Source of the DNA: Polyangiaceae bacterium
GTDB taxonomy: Bacteria > Myxococcota_A > Polyangia > Polyangiales > Polyangiaceae
Direction: 5' to 3'
Assembly (NCBI GenBank): GCA_015075635.1
Contig: JABTUA010000002.1
Location: 1,738,708-1,802,707, forward strand
Length of the DNA stretch: 64,000 nucleotides
Shown here: in pieces, positions 20,764 to 30,575 of the stretch
Position numbering within the stretch: position 1 is the first letter of the stretch
Layout: each line of letters begins with the position of its first letter
Made by a program: the position numbers and the translations under genes
The notes under the pieces: generated by a model
The model's input: the letters and a program-made list of their open reading frames with translations, nothing else
The model's database searches: none
Told to the model about the DNA's origin: nothing

Positions 20764-21213
20764 TCAAAAAGTCTTCCGAGTGTCGAGCAGGATGGTCACT
20801 GGCCCGTCGTTCTCCAGCGCCACCAGCATCTCGGCGCGGAAGCGTCCGGTCGCGACCGCGGCCCCACCCTCGCGACACCGCTGGCAGAAGCGCTCGAACA
20901 GCTCGTTGGCCCGGACCGGCTCCATGGCCTCGATGAAGCTCGGGCGCCGGCCCTTGCGCGCGTCGCCGAAGAGGGTGAACTGCGAAACGGCGAGCAGCGC
21001 TCCCCCGGTCTCGAGCAGGCTCCGGTTCATCTTGCCCTCGTCGTCCTCGAAGATGCGCAGGCCCAGCACCTTGTCGGCGAGCCCGTCGGCGTCGGCCTCG
21101 ACGTCGTCGCGCCCGACCCCGACCAGCAGACACAGCCCGGCTCCGATCTCGCCGACGACCTCGTCCCCGACCCGAACGCTCGCCTTCCGAACGCGCTGCA
21201 CCACGGCTCGCAT
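20764..21213 (-). CDS. dtd: D-aminoacyl-tRNA deacylase
   Basis: ATG at 21213 gives [23 protein letters not shown] motif. 149 aa, so the ORF-track 5' extension is rejected. Confidence 0.92.
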   Translation of the reverse strand: MRAVVQRVRKASVRVGDEVVGEIGAGLCLLVGVGRDDVEADADGLADKVLGLRIFEDDEGKMNRSLLETGGALLAVSQFTLFGDARKGRRPSFIEAMEPVRANELFERFCQRCREGGAAVATGRFRAEMLVALENDGPVTILLDTRKTF

Positions 21214-21361
21214 GCTGCCGGAGCTAGCATGAGCGCTCGGGTCGATCCCAGCCCCGCGGCCGGACCTCACCGCCTCCCACCTGGGAGACGGACTTTCGGC
21301 AGGAACGAGCGCTCCGGGAGATAGCCGCGGGTGCGCTCGCAAATCGAGTATCCTGCGGCGG

Positions 21362-23323
21362 ATGCGCCAGCCGGTGCCGAGTGGGGCCCGCCTGCCCTTC
21401 ACGGGCATGACGTTCGCGTCCGATCTGCACCCGGGCGTGTCGTATCGCCTCGAACGCGTGTTGGGCCAGGGCGGCACCGCCGTCGCCTACCTCGCGACCC
21501 GAATGGCGAGCGACGGCGAGTCGCCGGCGGTCGTGAAGATCATCCAACCGCGCATCGCCGTGGAGTCCGGCGAGACGGCGCTGACCATCGTCAAGAAGGA
21601 GGCCGTGGCGCTCGGTCGCCTGAACGAGCAGATCCCGCCCACGCCCCACGTGGTGCGACTCATGGACACCGGCACGACCGACTACGAGTACTTCGGTCGC
21701 AAGGTCCGCTTGCCCTGGATCGCCCTCGAGTACGTGCACGGCGGCGGTGAGGGCACGACGCTGGAGCAGCGCGTCGACTACGCCGTCAAGAACACCGGCT
21801 ACGCCTTCGATCCAGAGCGCGCGGCGCGCACCATCGACAGCTTGGCGCGGGGCTTGTCGGAGATCCACGCCGTGGGAGTCGTGCACCGCGACCTCACGCC
21901 GGGGAACGTGCTCTGCTGCGGCGCCGGCGACACGGAGCTGTACAAGATCAGCGACTTCGGCATCGCGCGCCCGACGGGCCTGGCGGCGACCTTCGGCGAC
22001 GCCATCGTCGGCACGCCGGGATACGTCGCCCCCGAGCAGCTCGGCGGCAACAGCCCGCTCAGCGCGCAGAGCGACATCTTCAGCCTGGCGGCCATCGTCT
22101 ACTTCGTGCTCACCGGCCAGCGCTACTTCGACGTGACCTCGCCCACCCAGGCCATCGTCGCCGTCAGCACCCCGACGCGGCGCACGCTGCTGGAGGCCGC
22201 GACGCTCTCGCCCGAGCTGCGCGAGCGCGAGGCGGCCTGTCAGGCCATCGATCTGGCGCTCGCCCGCGCGACCGCGCCCAATCCGGGCGAGCGCCCGCGC
22301 TCCGCCACCTTGTTCGTCCAGAGCCTCTTGCCCTGGCTGGCGCGGGACTCCACCGGCGCCAAGCCCAGCCGGCGCTGGATCACCAGCATGGACCTCCTGG
22401 CGACCGTGCCGGAGGTCAGCTCGAGCTGGGTCGTGCGCCACCCGCCGGGCGCCGATCGGCTGCTGACCAGCGTGGCCTGGAACGGCAGCGGTCACTGCCT
22501 GGCCGCGTCGACCCAGGGCTTGGTCTACTGGGACGGCACGCACTGGGCCGCGGTCCCCACCGAGAGCTGGGGCGAGACGGGACGCGTCCGCTTCGTGCGG
22601 CGCCTCACCCCGACCAGCTGGCTCATCGGTAGCGAGAGCGGGGTCCTGTCGGAGTACTCGCGGGAAGGCGTGCGCGAGCTGGCGCGCCTGCCTGACTCGA
22701 GCCTGCGCTTGGTGGACGCCCACGGTGAGCTCGGGGATCTGGCGGTGATCGCCGCCGAGGACGAGACCCGCCGCCCCTTCGTCATCGGCTACGCCGCGCG
22801 CCGCTTCATGCGCCCGATGCCGGTAGAGGGCGCCGCCAGCGTCTCGGCCATCGCGCGCATCGACGACGAGCGCTGGCTGGTGATCGGGCGCAGCACCAGC
22901 GGGCGCTGCTTCGCCGCGATCCATCGGCCGCTGGACTGGAGCATCGTGCCCGTCGAGGCGCCGGAGGGCCGGGCCTTGCTCGCCGTGGCGAGCCGACCGG
23001 AGCGCCGCTTGGCGGTCGCGGTGGGGACGGACGGCAGCATCGTGCGCGTCGAGCGGGACAAGACCGAATCACTGAACGTGGAGGGCCGTCCCGATCTGGC
23101 AGCCGTCGCCATCGACGTGGTCGGCAACGAGTGGGCGGCCGGCGCGGGCTGCATCTGGACCAACCGCGCTCACCGTGGCTGGAAGCGCGCCTGGGACAAC
23201 TCCACCTGGCGCCCCCCCTTCATCAGCTTGCTGGCCGAGTCGGGCATGGTCGTGGCCGTCACGGTGGACAGCGGCGTGCTCGAGTCTCGCTCCCTCGCCC
23301 TGGACAAGACGCGCCCGGCCTGA
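21362..23323 (+). CDS. Ser/Thr protein kinase with large C-terminal (beta-propeller-like) domain
   Basis: [30 protein letters not shown] and GTPGYVAPE motifs. The start could instead be the ATG at 21407. Confidence 0.9.
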   Translation: MRQPVPSGARLPFTGMTFASDLHPGVSYRLERVLGQGGTAVAYLATRMASDGESPAVVKIIQPRIAVESGETALTIVKKEAVALGRLNEQIPPTPHVVRLMDTGTTDYEYFGRKVRLPWIALEYVHGGGEGTTLEQRVDYAVKNTGYAFDPERAARTIDSLARGLSEIHAVGVVHRDLTPGNVLCCGAGDTELYKISDFGIARPTGLAATFGDAIVGTPGYVAPEQLGGNSPLSAQSDIFSLAAIVYFVLTGQRYFDVTSPTQAIVAVSTPTRRTLLEAATLSPELREREAACQAIDLALARATAPNPGERPRSATLFVQSLLPWLARDSTGAKPSRRWITSMDLLATVPEVSSSWVVRHPPGADRLLTSVAWNGSGHCLAASTQGLVYWDGTHWAAVPTESWGETGRVRFVRRLTPTSWLIGSESGVLSEYSREGVRELARLPDSSLRLVDAHGELGDLAVIAAEDETRRPFVIGYAARRFMRPMPVEGAASVSAIARIDDERWLVIGRSTSGRCFAAIHRPLDWSIVPVEAPEGRALLAVASRPERRLAVAVGTDGSIVRVERDKTESLNVEGRPDLAAVAIDVVGNEWAAGAGCIWTNRAHRGWKRAWDNSTWRPPFISLLAESGMVVAVTVDSGVLESRSLALDKTRPA

Positions 23324-23368
23324 GCCCGGAAGCGCCACGCTCCCGGGCTGGGGGATGTCGCCCCGCCC

Positions 23369-23926
23369 TCACTTCAGGCAGGTGTTGCCGATGGCCGCGC
23401 AGTCCGCGTCGCTCATCTTCACCGCGGCGTAGCAGGCGTTGCACTGCTGGACGCTGAGGATGCCCAAGCAAGCCGGCGTGCTGGTCACGGGGTAGCCTTT
23501 CAGCTCCGCCTGGATCGTCGCGCACTGCGTCTCCCCGGCGTCCACGACGGGCTGGTACTGACACAGATCGCCGCAGCTGGTGACTGGCCAGGGCAACCCC
23601 GAGCCGCCGCCCGAGCCCGCGGCGCCCGCACTGCCGCCGACGCCCGGCAGCCCGCCGGTGCCGCCCGAGGCCTGCCCGGCGCTCCCGCCGCTGTTCGACT
23701 GGCCGCCGCTGTTCGACTGGCCGCCGCTGTTCGACTGGCCGCCGCTGTTCGACTGGCCGCCGCTGTTCGACTGGCCGCCGCTGTTCGACTGGCCGCCGCC
23801 GCCAGCGGCCGCGCCACCGGTGCCTTCGTCCTTGTCGTCGTTGGCCTCGATGTAGCAGCCGCCGACGAAGCCGAGGCAGGCGAGCAGCGTGGCGAATTTC
23901 GAAATGTGAAGGTCGAAGCGATTCAT
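23369..23926 (-). CDS. Lipoprotein with (GGQSNS)x6 linker and Cys-containing C-domain
   Basis: ATG at 23926 gives MNRFDLHISKFATLLACLGFVGGC (lipobox). Confidence 0.75.
   Translation of the reverse strand: MNRFDLHISKFATLLACLGFVGGCYIEANDDKDEGTGGAAAGGGGQSNSGGQSNSGGQSNSGGQSNSGGQSNSGGQSNSGGSAGQASGGTGGLPGVGGSAGAAGSGGGSGLPWPVTSCGDLCQYQPVVDAGETQCATIQAELKGYPVTSTPACLGILSVQQCNACYAAVKMSDADCAAIGNTCLK
23691..23798. repeat. Perfect 18-bp tandem repeat x6 (in-frame, coding)
   Basis: Unit ctgttcgactggccgccg starts at 23691, 23709, 23727, 23745, 23763 and 23781. It encodes GGQSNS on the minus strand. Confidence 0.95.
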
Positions 23927-24074
23927 GGTGGTCTCTCCGCGCCCGGGGGTGGAGCCGCGCGCAGTTGAGCCCACAGCAACTGCGGTGCCAGCGCGAAACG
24001 CGCAGCTTTTCCCCACAGAACGTCGAGCACCGGCAGGCAATCGCCGGCCAATGGAGGGCCAGGGCCGACCGGGC

Positions 24075-24491
24075 TCAGACCGGCAGGTGGTAGAGCATGA
24101 AGTAGATCGCGACGCCGCTCACCGAGACGTAGAGCCAGACCGGAAGCGCGACCCGAGCGATGCGCTTGTGAAGATCGAAGCGCTCACGGAGGGCCCGCAC
24201 CAGCGTGACCAGCGCCAGCGGCACCACCGCCGCCGCCAGGAGCACGTGCGGGATCAGGATCGCGAAGTAGATCGTCCGCAGGCTTCCCGTCCCGCGAAAC
24301 GGGACCGAGCCGACCTGCGCGTGGTGGATCAGGTAGGAAATCAGGAAGATGATCGAGAGGCCGAAAGCGCTCAGCATGCACAGCCGGTGGCGCGCGCGAT
24401 CCCCGCGACGGATGAAGACCCAGCCCGCCACGAGGCAGAGCGTGGCGGCGCCGTTCAGGATCGCGTTGAGCGTGGCCAGTGTGCCGGGCAC
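24075..24491 (-). CDS. DUF420 family membrane protein
   Basis: Four TM segments. LNAILNGAATLCLVAGWVFIRRG...H and IPHVLLAAAVVPL are typical of DUF420 (recalled by eye). Confidence 0.75.
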   Translation of the reverse strand: MPGTLATLNAILNGAATLCLVAGWVFIRRGDRARHRLCMLSAFGLSIIFLISYLIHHAQVGSVPFRGTGSLRTIYFAILIPHVLLAAAVVPLALVTLVRALRERFDLHKRIARVALPVWLYVSVSGVAIYFMLYHLPV

Positions 24492-24531
24492 CGGGGCCGT
24501 CCTAACACGGACGACCCCGGACGGGCGCGGC

Positions 24532-25689
24532 TCACTGCGGCAGCGCCGTGCAGCAGCCGGTCAGGCAGAACTGACCGCTCGGGCAAGGCGGCTGGCAGGA
24601 CAGCCCGCAGGCCTGCTTGCCCACCGGGCAAATCTGGCCGCCGCAGGTGCCGCCGGTGCCGGCCGTTCCGCCAGTGCTGACGGTGCCGCCCGTGCCTCCG
24701 GTCGTGCCGCCGCTGCCGCCCGTGCCGGTCGTGCCGCCGCTGCCGCCCACGCCGCCGTCGGGAGGCGGCGGGTAGCACTCGGCGGGCAGCGTCGGCTTGC
24801 CCAGACAGATTTCGCACTTCTCGCACTTGTTCAGGCAGGCCTGCACCGGGGTGCAGGGCTGGCACTTGGTCGGATCCGCCACGTCCTTGAGCGAGCAGCT
24901 GCCGACGTCGTTGATCTCCGAGCCGAGCCACACGTACTTGCCGCCGCCCGCCGGCAGCTCGCAGCAGCCGAAGCAGTCGCAGCCGTTCGGCGTGAGCGGC
25001 CCGCAGACGTTCTCGCAGGTCGCGGACTGCTTGGCGTTCAGCTCCGTGCAGCTGCTGGACGTGCCGGGCGTGTTCGCGTTCGCGTTGTACTCGCAGTAGG
25101 GCTTGTTGTTCTGGTCCTTGCCCTCCGGCGGGTAGTTCGGTCCGACCGCCAAGGGATCGCAGTTGTGGTTCCAGTAGCAGTTGTCGTTACCCGGACCGGA
25201 GTCCTGGTCGAAGTAGCAGTCCACGATGCAGGCCGGGCCCGCCTGACCGGGGATCGAGCCGTAGTACGTGTCCTCGGCGTTGTGGCAGGGCCCGAGGCAA
25301 TCGGGATCCGCCATGTCCACCTTGCCGTCGCCGTCGTTGTCGAGGCAGTCGCCGCACTTGTAGACCTTGCCCTGGCAGGTGAGCTGCACGCAGGCCGCGG
25401 TGCCGCCCGTGCCCGCGGTCGCGCCGGTCCCCGCCGTCGCGCCGGTCCCCGCCGTCGCTCCGGTCCCCGCGGTCGCGCCGGTCCCCGCCGTCGCGCCGGT
25501 CCCCGCCGTCGCGCCGCTGCCGCTTGCCCCGGCGCCGCTGGCGCCGCCCACGCCGCTGTCACCGGAGGAGCCGCCCTTTCCACCGGTGCTCGCGTCCTCG
25601 TCCGAGCCGCCCCCGCAACCCACACCCATCGCAAACCCGACGACCAGGAGACCTGCCAAATGACGCCAGCGCATCCTCGCAGTTTCCAC
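24532..25689 (-). CDS. Cys-rich secreted lipoprotein with (GTGATA)x6 linker
   Basis: MRWRHLAGLLVVGFAMGVGC lipobox (start at 25689 or 25674). More than 30 Cys. CLDNDGDGKVDMADPDC metal-binding-like motif. Confidence 0.8.
   Translation of the reverse strand: METARMRWRHLAGLLVVGFAMGVGCGGGSDEDASTGGKGGSSGDSGVGGASGAGASGSGATAGTGATAGTGATAGTGATAGTGATAGTGATAGTGGTAACVQLTCQGKVYKCGDCLDNDGDGKVDMADPDCLGPCHNAEDTYYGSIPGQAGPACIVDCYFDQDSGPGNDNCYWNHNCDPLAVGPNYPPEGKDQNNKPYCEYNANANTPGTSSSCTELNAKQSATCENVCGPLTPNGCDCFGCCELPAGGGKYVWLGSEINDVGSCSLKDVADPTKCQPCTPVQACLNKCEKCEICLGKPTLPAECYPPPPDGGVGGSGGTTGTGGSGGTTGGTGGTVSTGGTAGTGGTCGGQICPVGKQACGLSCQPPCPSGQFCLTGCCTALPQ
25405..25512. repeat. Near-perfect 18-bp tandem repeat x6 (in-frame, coding)
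   Basis: Unit gccggtccccgccgtcgc at 25423, 25441, 25477 and 25495, with variants at 25405 and 25459. It encodes GTGATA on the minus strand. Confidence 0.9.
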
Positions 25690-25732
25690 GATCGAGACGG
25701 GGGAGACAAGCGCGCGCTAGTATCGCCGCACA

Positions 25733-25900
25733 GTGTGCGCGCGAAACCCACATCGAATTCTGCTGCTGATCGCCCTCGCGCTCGCGGCGCTCACCGCGGG
25801 CTGTCCTGGCGAGCTCGAAGATCCGGACCGCTTCGGCGAGCCGGACGCGACGCCGGGCGGCGGCGGTAGCACCGCTGGCGACGCCGGAGGCGACGAGTGA
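25733..25900 (+). CDS. Possible small lipoprotein (55 aa)
   Basis: GTG at 25733 gives ...RILLLIALALAALTAGC (lipobox), then an acidic/Gly tail. The stop overlaps the next gene's GTG. It is below the ORF-track size cut-off. Confidence 0.4.
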   Translation: MCARNPHRILLLIALALAALTAGCPGELEDPDRFGEPDATPGGGGSTAGDAGGDE

Positions 25901-27537
25901 TCCGCCGACTTCTCGCCCTGCTGGTCGGTCTCGCGCTCGCGCTGGTAGTCCTCGCGCCGGGCGCGGCGCACGCCAGCGACTCGGTCCGCGTCGTGGTTAG
26001 CGAGCTCGACGGAGACGACAGCCCCAGCGCGCGCAACGCGCTCGTGCGGTTGCTGCTCTCCCAGTCCGGCGTCGAGCTCGTGAGCCGCGCACACTTCGAG
26101 AAGGTCGCCGCTCGGCTCGGCGTGTCGCCGAAGGATGCGAAGGGAAACCAGGCCGTCTGCCGCGCGCTCGGCGTGGCGGTGGTGCTCGAGGGCGAAGTCG
26201 ATCAGACGGAGGACGGCGTCAGCCTGACGCTGCGCGTCCGCGGCGCGGACGGCGAGGTGGCCGAGACCCAAGAGCTCGCTGCCAAGACCCAGCGCGCGCT
26301 GGTGAAGCAGCTCACCGAGTCCGGGTGGCAGAAGCTCGGGGCTGCCATCAGCGACGCCGAGCCTGCGAAGGCCGGAGCGAAGCAGCGCCTGGTGCTCACC
26401 GAGCTCAGCGGTCCGAAGGCCGCCGAGGTGCGGGCCGCCCTGGAGAAAGCCCTCGGAAAGAGTCCGACCTTGGAGCTGGTGCCCGAGGCGGAGGCCGCCG
26501 CTGCCCGGCCCGAGGAGGCGCAGAAGCCGGCGGATCGCGTGCTCGTGTCCGCAGCCCTGGGGGCAACGGCGCTCTTGCGCGGCGAGATCAAGGTCGCGGG
26601 CCGGACGGAGCTCACGCTCAGGGTGCTGAACGGAAAGAACGGCGACGACCTCGGCGAGGTGACGCTCAAGGGCGCCGGGTTGCCCGGGCTTCGGCGCGCC
26701 ATCGACGCCGACCTGGTCAAGAAGCTCGCGCCGATCCTCGCCGAAGCCGCGCGCCCCACGCCGCCGCGTGAAGAAGCGGAGGAGGAGACCCTGGAGGACG
26801 AGCCCGCGCCGAAGCAGCCCACGCTGCGCCCATCGCCGCTGGAGGCGATGCTGGCGCTGCGGGGCGGCACGCGCAACTTCCGCTACAGCGACGATCTGTT
26901 CGGCGCGCTGCGCGCTTACAAGATGGGCCCGACACCCGCGGCCTTCGTCGCCGTGCGCTGGTATCCCGCGGCTCACTTCGAAGGCGGCCCCATCGCCCAC
27001 GTCGGCATCGCCGCCTCCTTCGAGCAGGCCTTCCTGATCGAGAGCCAGGCCGACGGCGAAACGTACCCCACGACCGCCCGCGAGTGGCAGCTCGGCCTGC
27101 ACGGTCGCCTGCCGCTCGGGGCGCTCGAGCTCGGCGCCGATCTGGGTCTGGGCGAGCACAGCTTCAACGTGGACGACGACCCCAACTTCCCGCTGGTGCC
27201 GGACGTCGCCTACCGCTTCGTCCGGCTGGGCGTGGACGCGCGCTACCGCGCCGGCAGCTTCTCGGTCGGAGGGAGCTTCGGCTACCGACACGTCAGCGAG
27301 GCCGGCACGGTGGAGACCGCCGCCTGGTTCCCGCGCTTGGAGGTAGCCGGGCTCGATGCCGGGGCCTTCGCCGGCTACGCGCTGATCCCCCGCCTGGACG
27401 TGCTCGCCGGCGCGCTCTACCGGCGCTACTGGTACAGCATGAACCCCGAGCCCGGCGATCGCTTCATCGCGGGCGGCGCGCTCGACAGCTACATCAGCGG
27501 CTGGATCGGCGTCGGCTACCAGCTGTCTGCCGACTGA
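25897..27537 (+). CDS. Hypothetical exported protein (possible outer-membrane beta-barrel C-half)
   Basis: Signal peptide MIRRLLALLVGLALALVVLAPGAAHA. The C-terminal half has alternating aromatic/Gly beta-strand-like segments. Confidence 0.75.
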   Translation: MIRRLLALLVGLALALVVLAPGAAHASDSVRVVVSELDGDDSPSARNALVRLLLSQSGVELVSRAHFEKVAARLGVSPKDAKGNQAVCRALGVAVVLEGEVDQTEDGVSLTLRVRGADGEVAETQELAAKTQRALVKQLTESGWQKLGAAISDAEPAKAGAKQRLVLTELSGPKAAEVRAALEKALGKSPTLELVPEAEAAAARPEEAQKPADRVLVSAALGATALLRGEIKVAGRTELTLRVLNGKNGDDLGEVTLKGAGLPGLRRAIDADLVKKLAPILAEAARPTPPREEAEEETLEDEPAPKQPTLRPSPLEAMLALRGGTRNFRYSDDLFGALRAYKMGPTPAAFVAVRWYPAAHFEGGPIAHVGIAASFEQAFLIESQADGETYPTTAREWQLGLHGRLPLGALELGADLGLGEHSFNVDDDPNFPLVPDVAYRFVRLGVDARYRAGSFSVGGSFGYRHVSEAGTVETAAWFPRLEVAGLDAGAFAGYALIPRLDVLAGALYRRYWYSMNPEPGDRFIAGGALDSYISGWIGVGYQLSAD

Positions 27538-27539
27538 CC

Positions 27540-28448
27540 GTGCACGAATCCAACGCAAGCTCTGGGCGCGGGCGGCTCGAGGTGATCCTCGCCGCGCTGT
27601 GCTTCTCCACCGGCGGCGCCGCCATCAAGGCCACGGCGCTCACCAGCTTCCAGGTGGCGAGCTTCCGCTCCGGCGTCGCGGCGCTGGCCATGCTGGCGCT
27701 CTTGCCCGCGGCGCGCGCGCGCTGGTCGTGGCGGGCGGCCCTGGTCGGGCTCGCCTACGCGACCACGATGGTGCTCTTCGTCAGCGCGAACAAGCTGACC
27801 ACCGCGGCCAACACCATCTTCCTCCAGTCTTCGGCGCCGCTCTACGTGCTCCTGCTCTCGCCGCTGGTGCTGAAGGAGCGAGTCCGCCGCCAAGATCTCC
27901 TCTACATGCTCGTCCTGGCCGGCGGGCTCGCGCTGTTCTTCGTCGGCGTGCGCGCGCCTGACGCGCTCGCGCCCAATCCCGTGCTCGGCAACGTGCTGGC
28001 CACCACAGCCGGTCTGTCCTGGGCGCTCACGGTGTTCGGCCTGCGCTGGATCGAGCAACGCGAGCCCGAGCGTGGCGGCGCGCGCGCCGTCTTGCTCGGC
28101 AACCTCGTGGCCTTCTTCGCCTGCTTGCCCTGGGCGCTGCCCGTCGCTGCCCTGTCGCTGAAGGACGCCGGCGTCATCGCCTACCTCGGCTTGATCCAGA
28201 TCGGCCTCGCCTACCTGCTCTTGATGCGCGCCGTGCAGTCGGTGCCCGCGCTCGAGGCCTCGCTCCTCTTGCTCGTCGAGCCGGTGCTGTCGCCGCTCTG
28301 GGCGTGGCTCGTGCACGCCGAGTCGCCCGGCGCGTGGTCGCTCGCCGGCGGGGCGGTCATCCTGGGCGCCACCGCGGCGCGCACGACCTTCGATTTCCTG
28401 AAGGCGCGGCGCCTGCGCGAGCTCGGTCGCGGGGCTCACCAGGCATAG
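27540..28448 (+). CDS. EamA/DMT family transporter
   Basis: GTG at 27540. About 10 TM segments in two EamA-like halves. The ORF-track Arg-rich 5' extension is rejected. Confidence 0.85.
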   Translation: MHESNASSGRGRLEVILAALCFSTGGAAIKATALTSFQVASFRSGVAALAMLALLPAARARWSWRAALVGLAYATTMVLFVSANKLTTAANTIFLQSSAPLYVLLLSPLVLKERVRRQDLLYMLVLAGGLALFFVGVRAPDALAPNPVLGNVLATTAGLSWALTVFGLRWIEQREPERGGARAVLLGNLVAFFACLPWALPVAALSLKDAGVIAYLGLIQIGLAYLLLMRAVQSVPALEASLLLLVEPVLSPLWAWLVHAESPGAWSLAGGAVILGATAARTTFDFLKARRLRELGRGAHQA

Positions 28449-29473
28449 GTCGCCGACACGCTGACGGGCAGCACCCAGCGGCTCTCCTCCGACGCCAGGC
28501 CCGAGCCGTAGTCGTACGAGCGCTGCTTCACCGAGTAGAACGGGGCCTCGGCGCGCAGTCCGACGATCATGCGCGAGGAGTGCAGGCGCATCGCCTCGAT
28601 GCCCAGCTCGCCGAAGGCCGACAGACCCGAGCCTTCCAGCGACGGCTCACCCGAGTCGGCGTCCCCAACCTCGAGGTCCAGGTAGCCCACCGCGAGGCCG
28701 CCCCCGACGAACACGGAGGTGTCCCCGGCGGAGAAGAAGTAGCGACCGCCCACGCCGGCGCTGGCTGCACGCAGCGACTTGTCGCCGGCGCCGATCGCCG
28801 TGCGCAGCGAGAAGCCGTAGCCGTAGTCGGGCGTCTCGTAGTAGCCGATGAGCTCGATGCCGGGGCTCATCCATCGGTTCTCGGTCGGCGCACTCGTGCC
28901 GACGATGCCGAGACCCCAGAGGAACTCGCCGGACTTCTTCTCGTACTTGCGCGTCTCCTCTCCCACCAGGTTGTCGACCTTCTGGCTGCTCTCCAACGAC
29001 TCGTCCTGCACGATGGCCCGAGCGATGCGCGGCGCGACGACCGGCACCTGCTCCACGCCGTTCACCGTGATCCGGCGCGAGCGCTTCACCGTCCCGAGCG
29101 GCGCCTCGTAGGTCACCCGCACCACCAGCTGCGACCCCAGGCGGTCGAAGTGAACGCGGTACGCGTTCGCGCTGGGCGTACCCGCAGCGAGCTGCGCCAC
29201 CCCCTGGGCGCGGATCTCGTCGCACACGATCTGTCCGCCCGTCGCCGCCGACGCCGGGTCGAGCCCGTTGTTGAAGGTGAGGCAGGTCGTCCCTGTAACC
29301 GCGCCGGGCGGCGGCGGCTGCGCGGGCACCGGCGCCGGCGCGGGCGCCGGCGTCGCGGCGGGTGCGTCGGTCGCCTCGGCCGCGGGCTCGTCAGCGAGGG
29401 CCGGCGTGGGAGCGAGCGCGGCGAAGAAAGCGGCGGCCAGGAGCGTCCAGCGGAGGTTCTCGGAGGTGTTCAT
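28436..29473 (-). CDS. Outer-membrane beta-barrel protein, unknown function
   Basis: ATG at 29473 gives MNTSENLRWTLLAAAFFAALAPTPALA. Pro/Ala linker. C-terminal strands end ...SVSATYAW. Confidence 0.75.
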   Translation of the reverse strand: MNTSENLRWTLLAAAFFAALAPTPALADEPAAEATDAPAATPAPAPAPVPAQPPPPGAVTGTTCLTFNNGLDPASAATGGQIVCDEIRAQGVAQLAAGTPSANAYRVHFDRLGSQLVVRVTYEAPLGTVKRSRRITVNGVEQVPVVAPRIARAIVQDESLESSQKVDNLVGEETRKYEKKSGEFLWGLGIVGTSAPTENRWMSPGIELIGYYETPDYGYGFSLRTAIGAGDKSLRAASAGVGGRYFFSAGDTSVFVGGGLAVGYLDLEVGDADSGEPSLEGSGLSAFGELGIEAMRLHSSRMIVGLRAEAPFYSVKQRSYDYGSGLASEESRWVLPVSVSATYAW

Positions 29474-29708
29474 GCCCCGCCCAAGAGCAGCCTCCGTGCC
29501 CGCCTCCCCGCGAAGCGTCCGACGCGGGGGTGAGCTGAATGATTTCAATGAGGCTCAACCTCTCTTCGGCAGATCCACGGCAAATCTCACTGCGAATCTG
29601 TGAATCCGCCGCCACTGGACGTGTAGTGGTTCAACCACTCTGGGGTGTTGCCGGCTCCCAGCGGGAAGGCGATGGTGCTCGCGCGGAGGGGCGCCCGGCC
29701 GACGAACC

Positions 29709-30230
29709 ATGGACCCTGAGATCAAGAGCTCGCTCGATGCCCTGGGCATCACCCCCAAGAACTATCGCGTGCTGATGCTGCTGCCGCTGGTCTACGTGGC
29801 CTGGGCCGACGGGCACATGGACGAGGTCGAGATCGCGGTGCTCGACGACATCGCCAAGGAGCGCTTCATGCTCGACGCCCGCGGCCTCGCGATCCTGGAC
29901 GGCTGGCTCGGCGCGCCGATCCCGAAGCAGTACTTCGACGAGGGGATGCAGACGCTATTTCTGATGGCGCAGACCGAGACCGGCGAGCCCCTGGTGCACG
30001 CCGAGGATCTGCACGAGCTGCTCTCGCACGCGGAGGCAGTGGCCCGCGCCACGGCGGCCTCCCTGGACTCGCCCACCAACGTGTCACCCGAAGAGGAGGC
30101 AGCGCTCGCCGAGATCGCCGGACTGCTCCACCTCGACAACGGCGTCAGCTGGCGGCGCCTGCTCGACGAGCTCGACGCGGGACCGGCCTCGGTGGCGCGG
30201 GGTCGCGCGCCGAAGTCGCGGCGGGCTTAG
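29709..30230 (+). CDS. TerB-like (tellurite-resistance TerB/DjlA-N fold) protein
   Basis: LLPLVYVAWADGHMDEVEIAVLDDIA and a second EEEAALAEIAGLL helix pair. Tentative. Confidence 0.55.
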   Translation: MDPEIKSSLDALGITPKNYRVLMLLPLVYVAWADGHMDEVEIAVLDDIAKERFMLDARGLAILDGWLGAPIPKQYFDEGMQTLFLMAQTETGEPLVHAEDLHELLSHAEAVARATAASLDSPTNVSPEEEAALAEIAGLLHLDNGVSWRRLLDELDAGPASVARGRAPKSRRA

Positions 30231-30575
30231 TCACTTCGACAGAGGCGTGCGTTTCTTCGCCGGCGTGCGCTTCAGCGTGAGACGCAGCACCTCCTCACCC
30301 CGCACTACGGTCAGGCGAACCGTGGTGCCGACCCCGCCAGAGAGGTTCTCGTGCAGAGCCTTGGCGTCGAGCTGCCGGACGTCGATGCCGTCGACCAAGA
30401 GGATCTCGTCGCCCTCGCGCAGGCCCGCTTTGTCCGCCGCCAGGCCTTCGGGCACCTCGTGCACGATCAGACGGCCGTCGTCCTGCTGGGCGAACACCGC
30501 GCCCACGGTGCCCTGCGTGCCCGCGCAGGATAGGTAGAAGCCCAAACAGGCGACGAGGAACGAGGCGCGTTTCAC
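30231..30575 (-). CDS. PDZ domain lipoprotein
   Basis: MKRASFLVACLGFYLSC lipobox. GLREGDEILLVDGIDV PDZ core. Confidence 0.8.
   Translation of the reverse strand: MKRASFLVACLGFYLSCAGTQGTVGAVFAQQDDGRLIVHEVPEGLAADKAGLREGDEILLVDGIDVRQLDAKALHENLSGGVGTTVRLTVVRGEEVLRLTLKRTPAKKRTPLSK

Noticed and set aside
23691-25512. The two 18-bp tandem repeat arrays, considered as possible CRISPR or minisatellite loci
   Set aside because: The units are directly abutting with no spacers, are in frame, and encode hexapeptide linkers inside lipoprotein genes. They are not CRISPR.
25717-27558. 613-aa minus-strand ORF. Also 5533-6897 (454 aa), 12785-14137 (450 aa) and 15598-17058 (486 aa) on the minus strand.
   Set aside because: They are antisense to the exported protein, the ABC-2 permease and the radical SAM gene, or out of frame within the TonB-dependent receptor gene. 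None has motifs and all have an extreme Arg/Pro/Gly bias.
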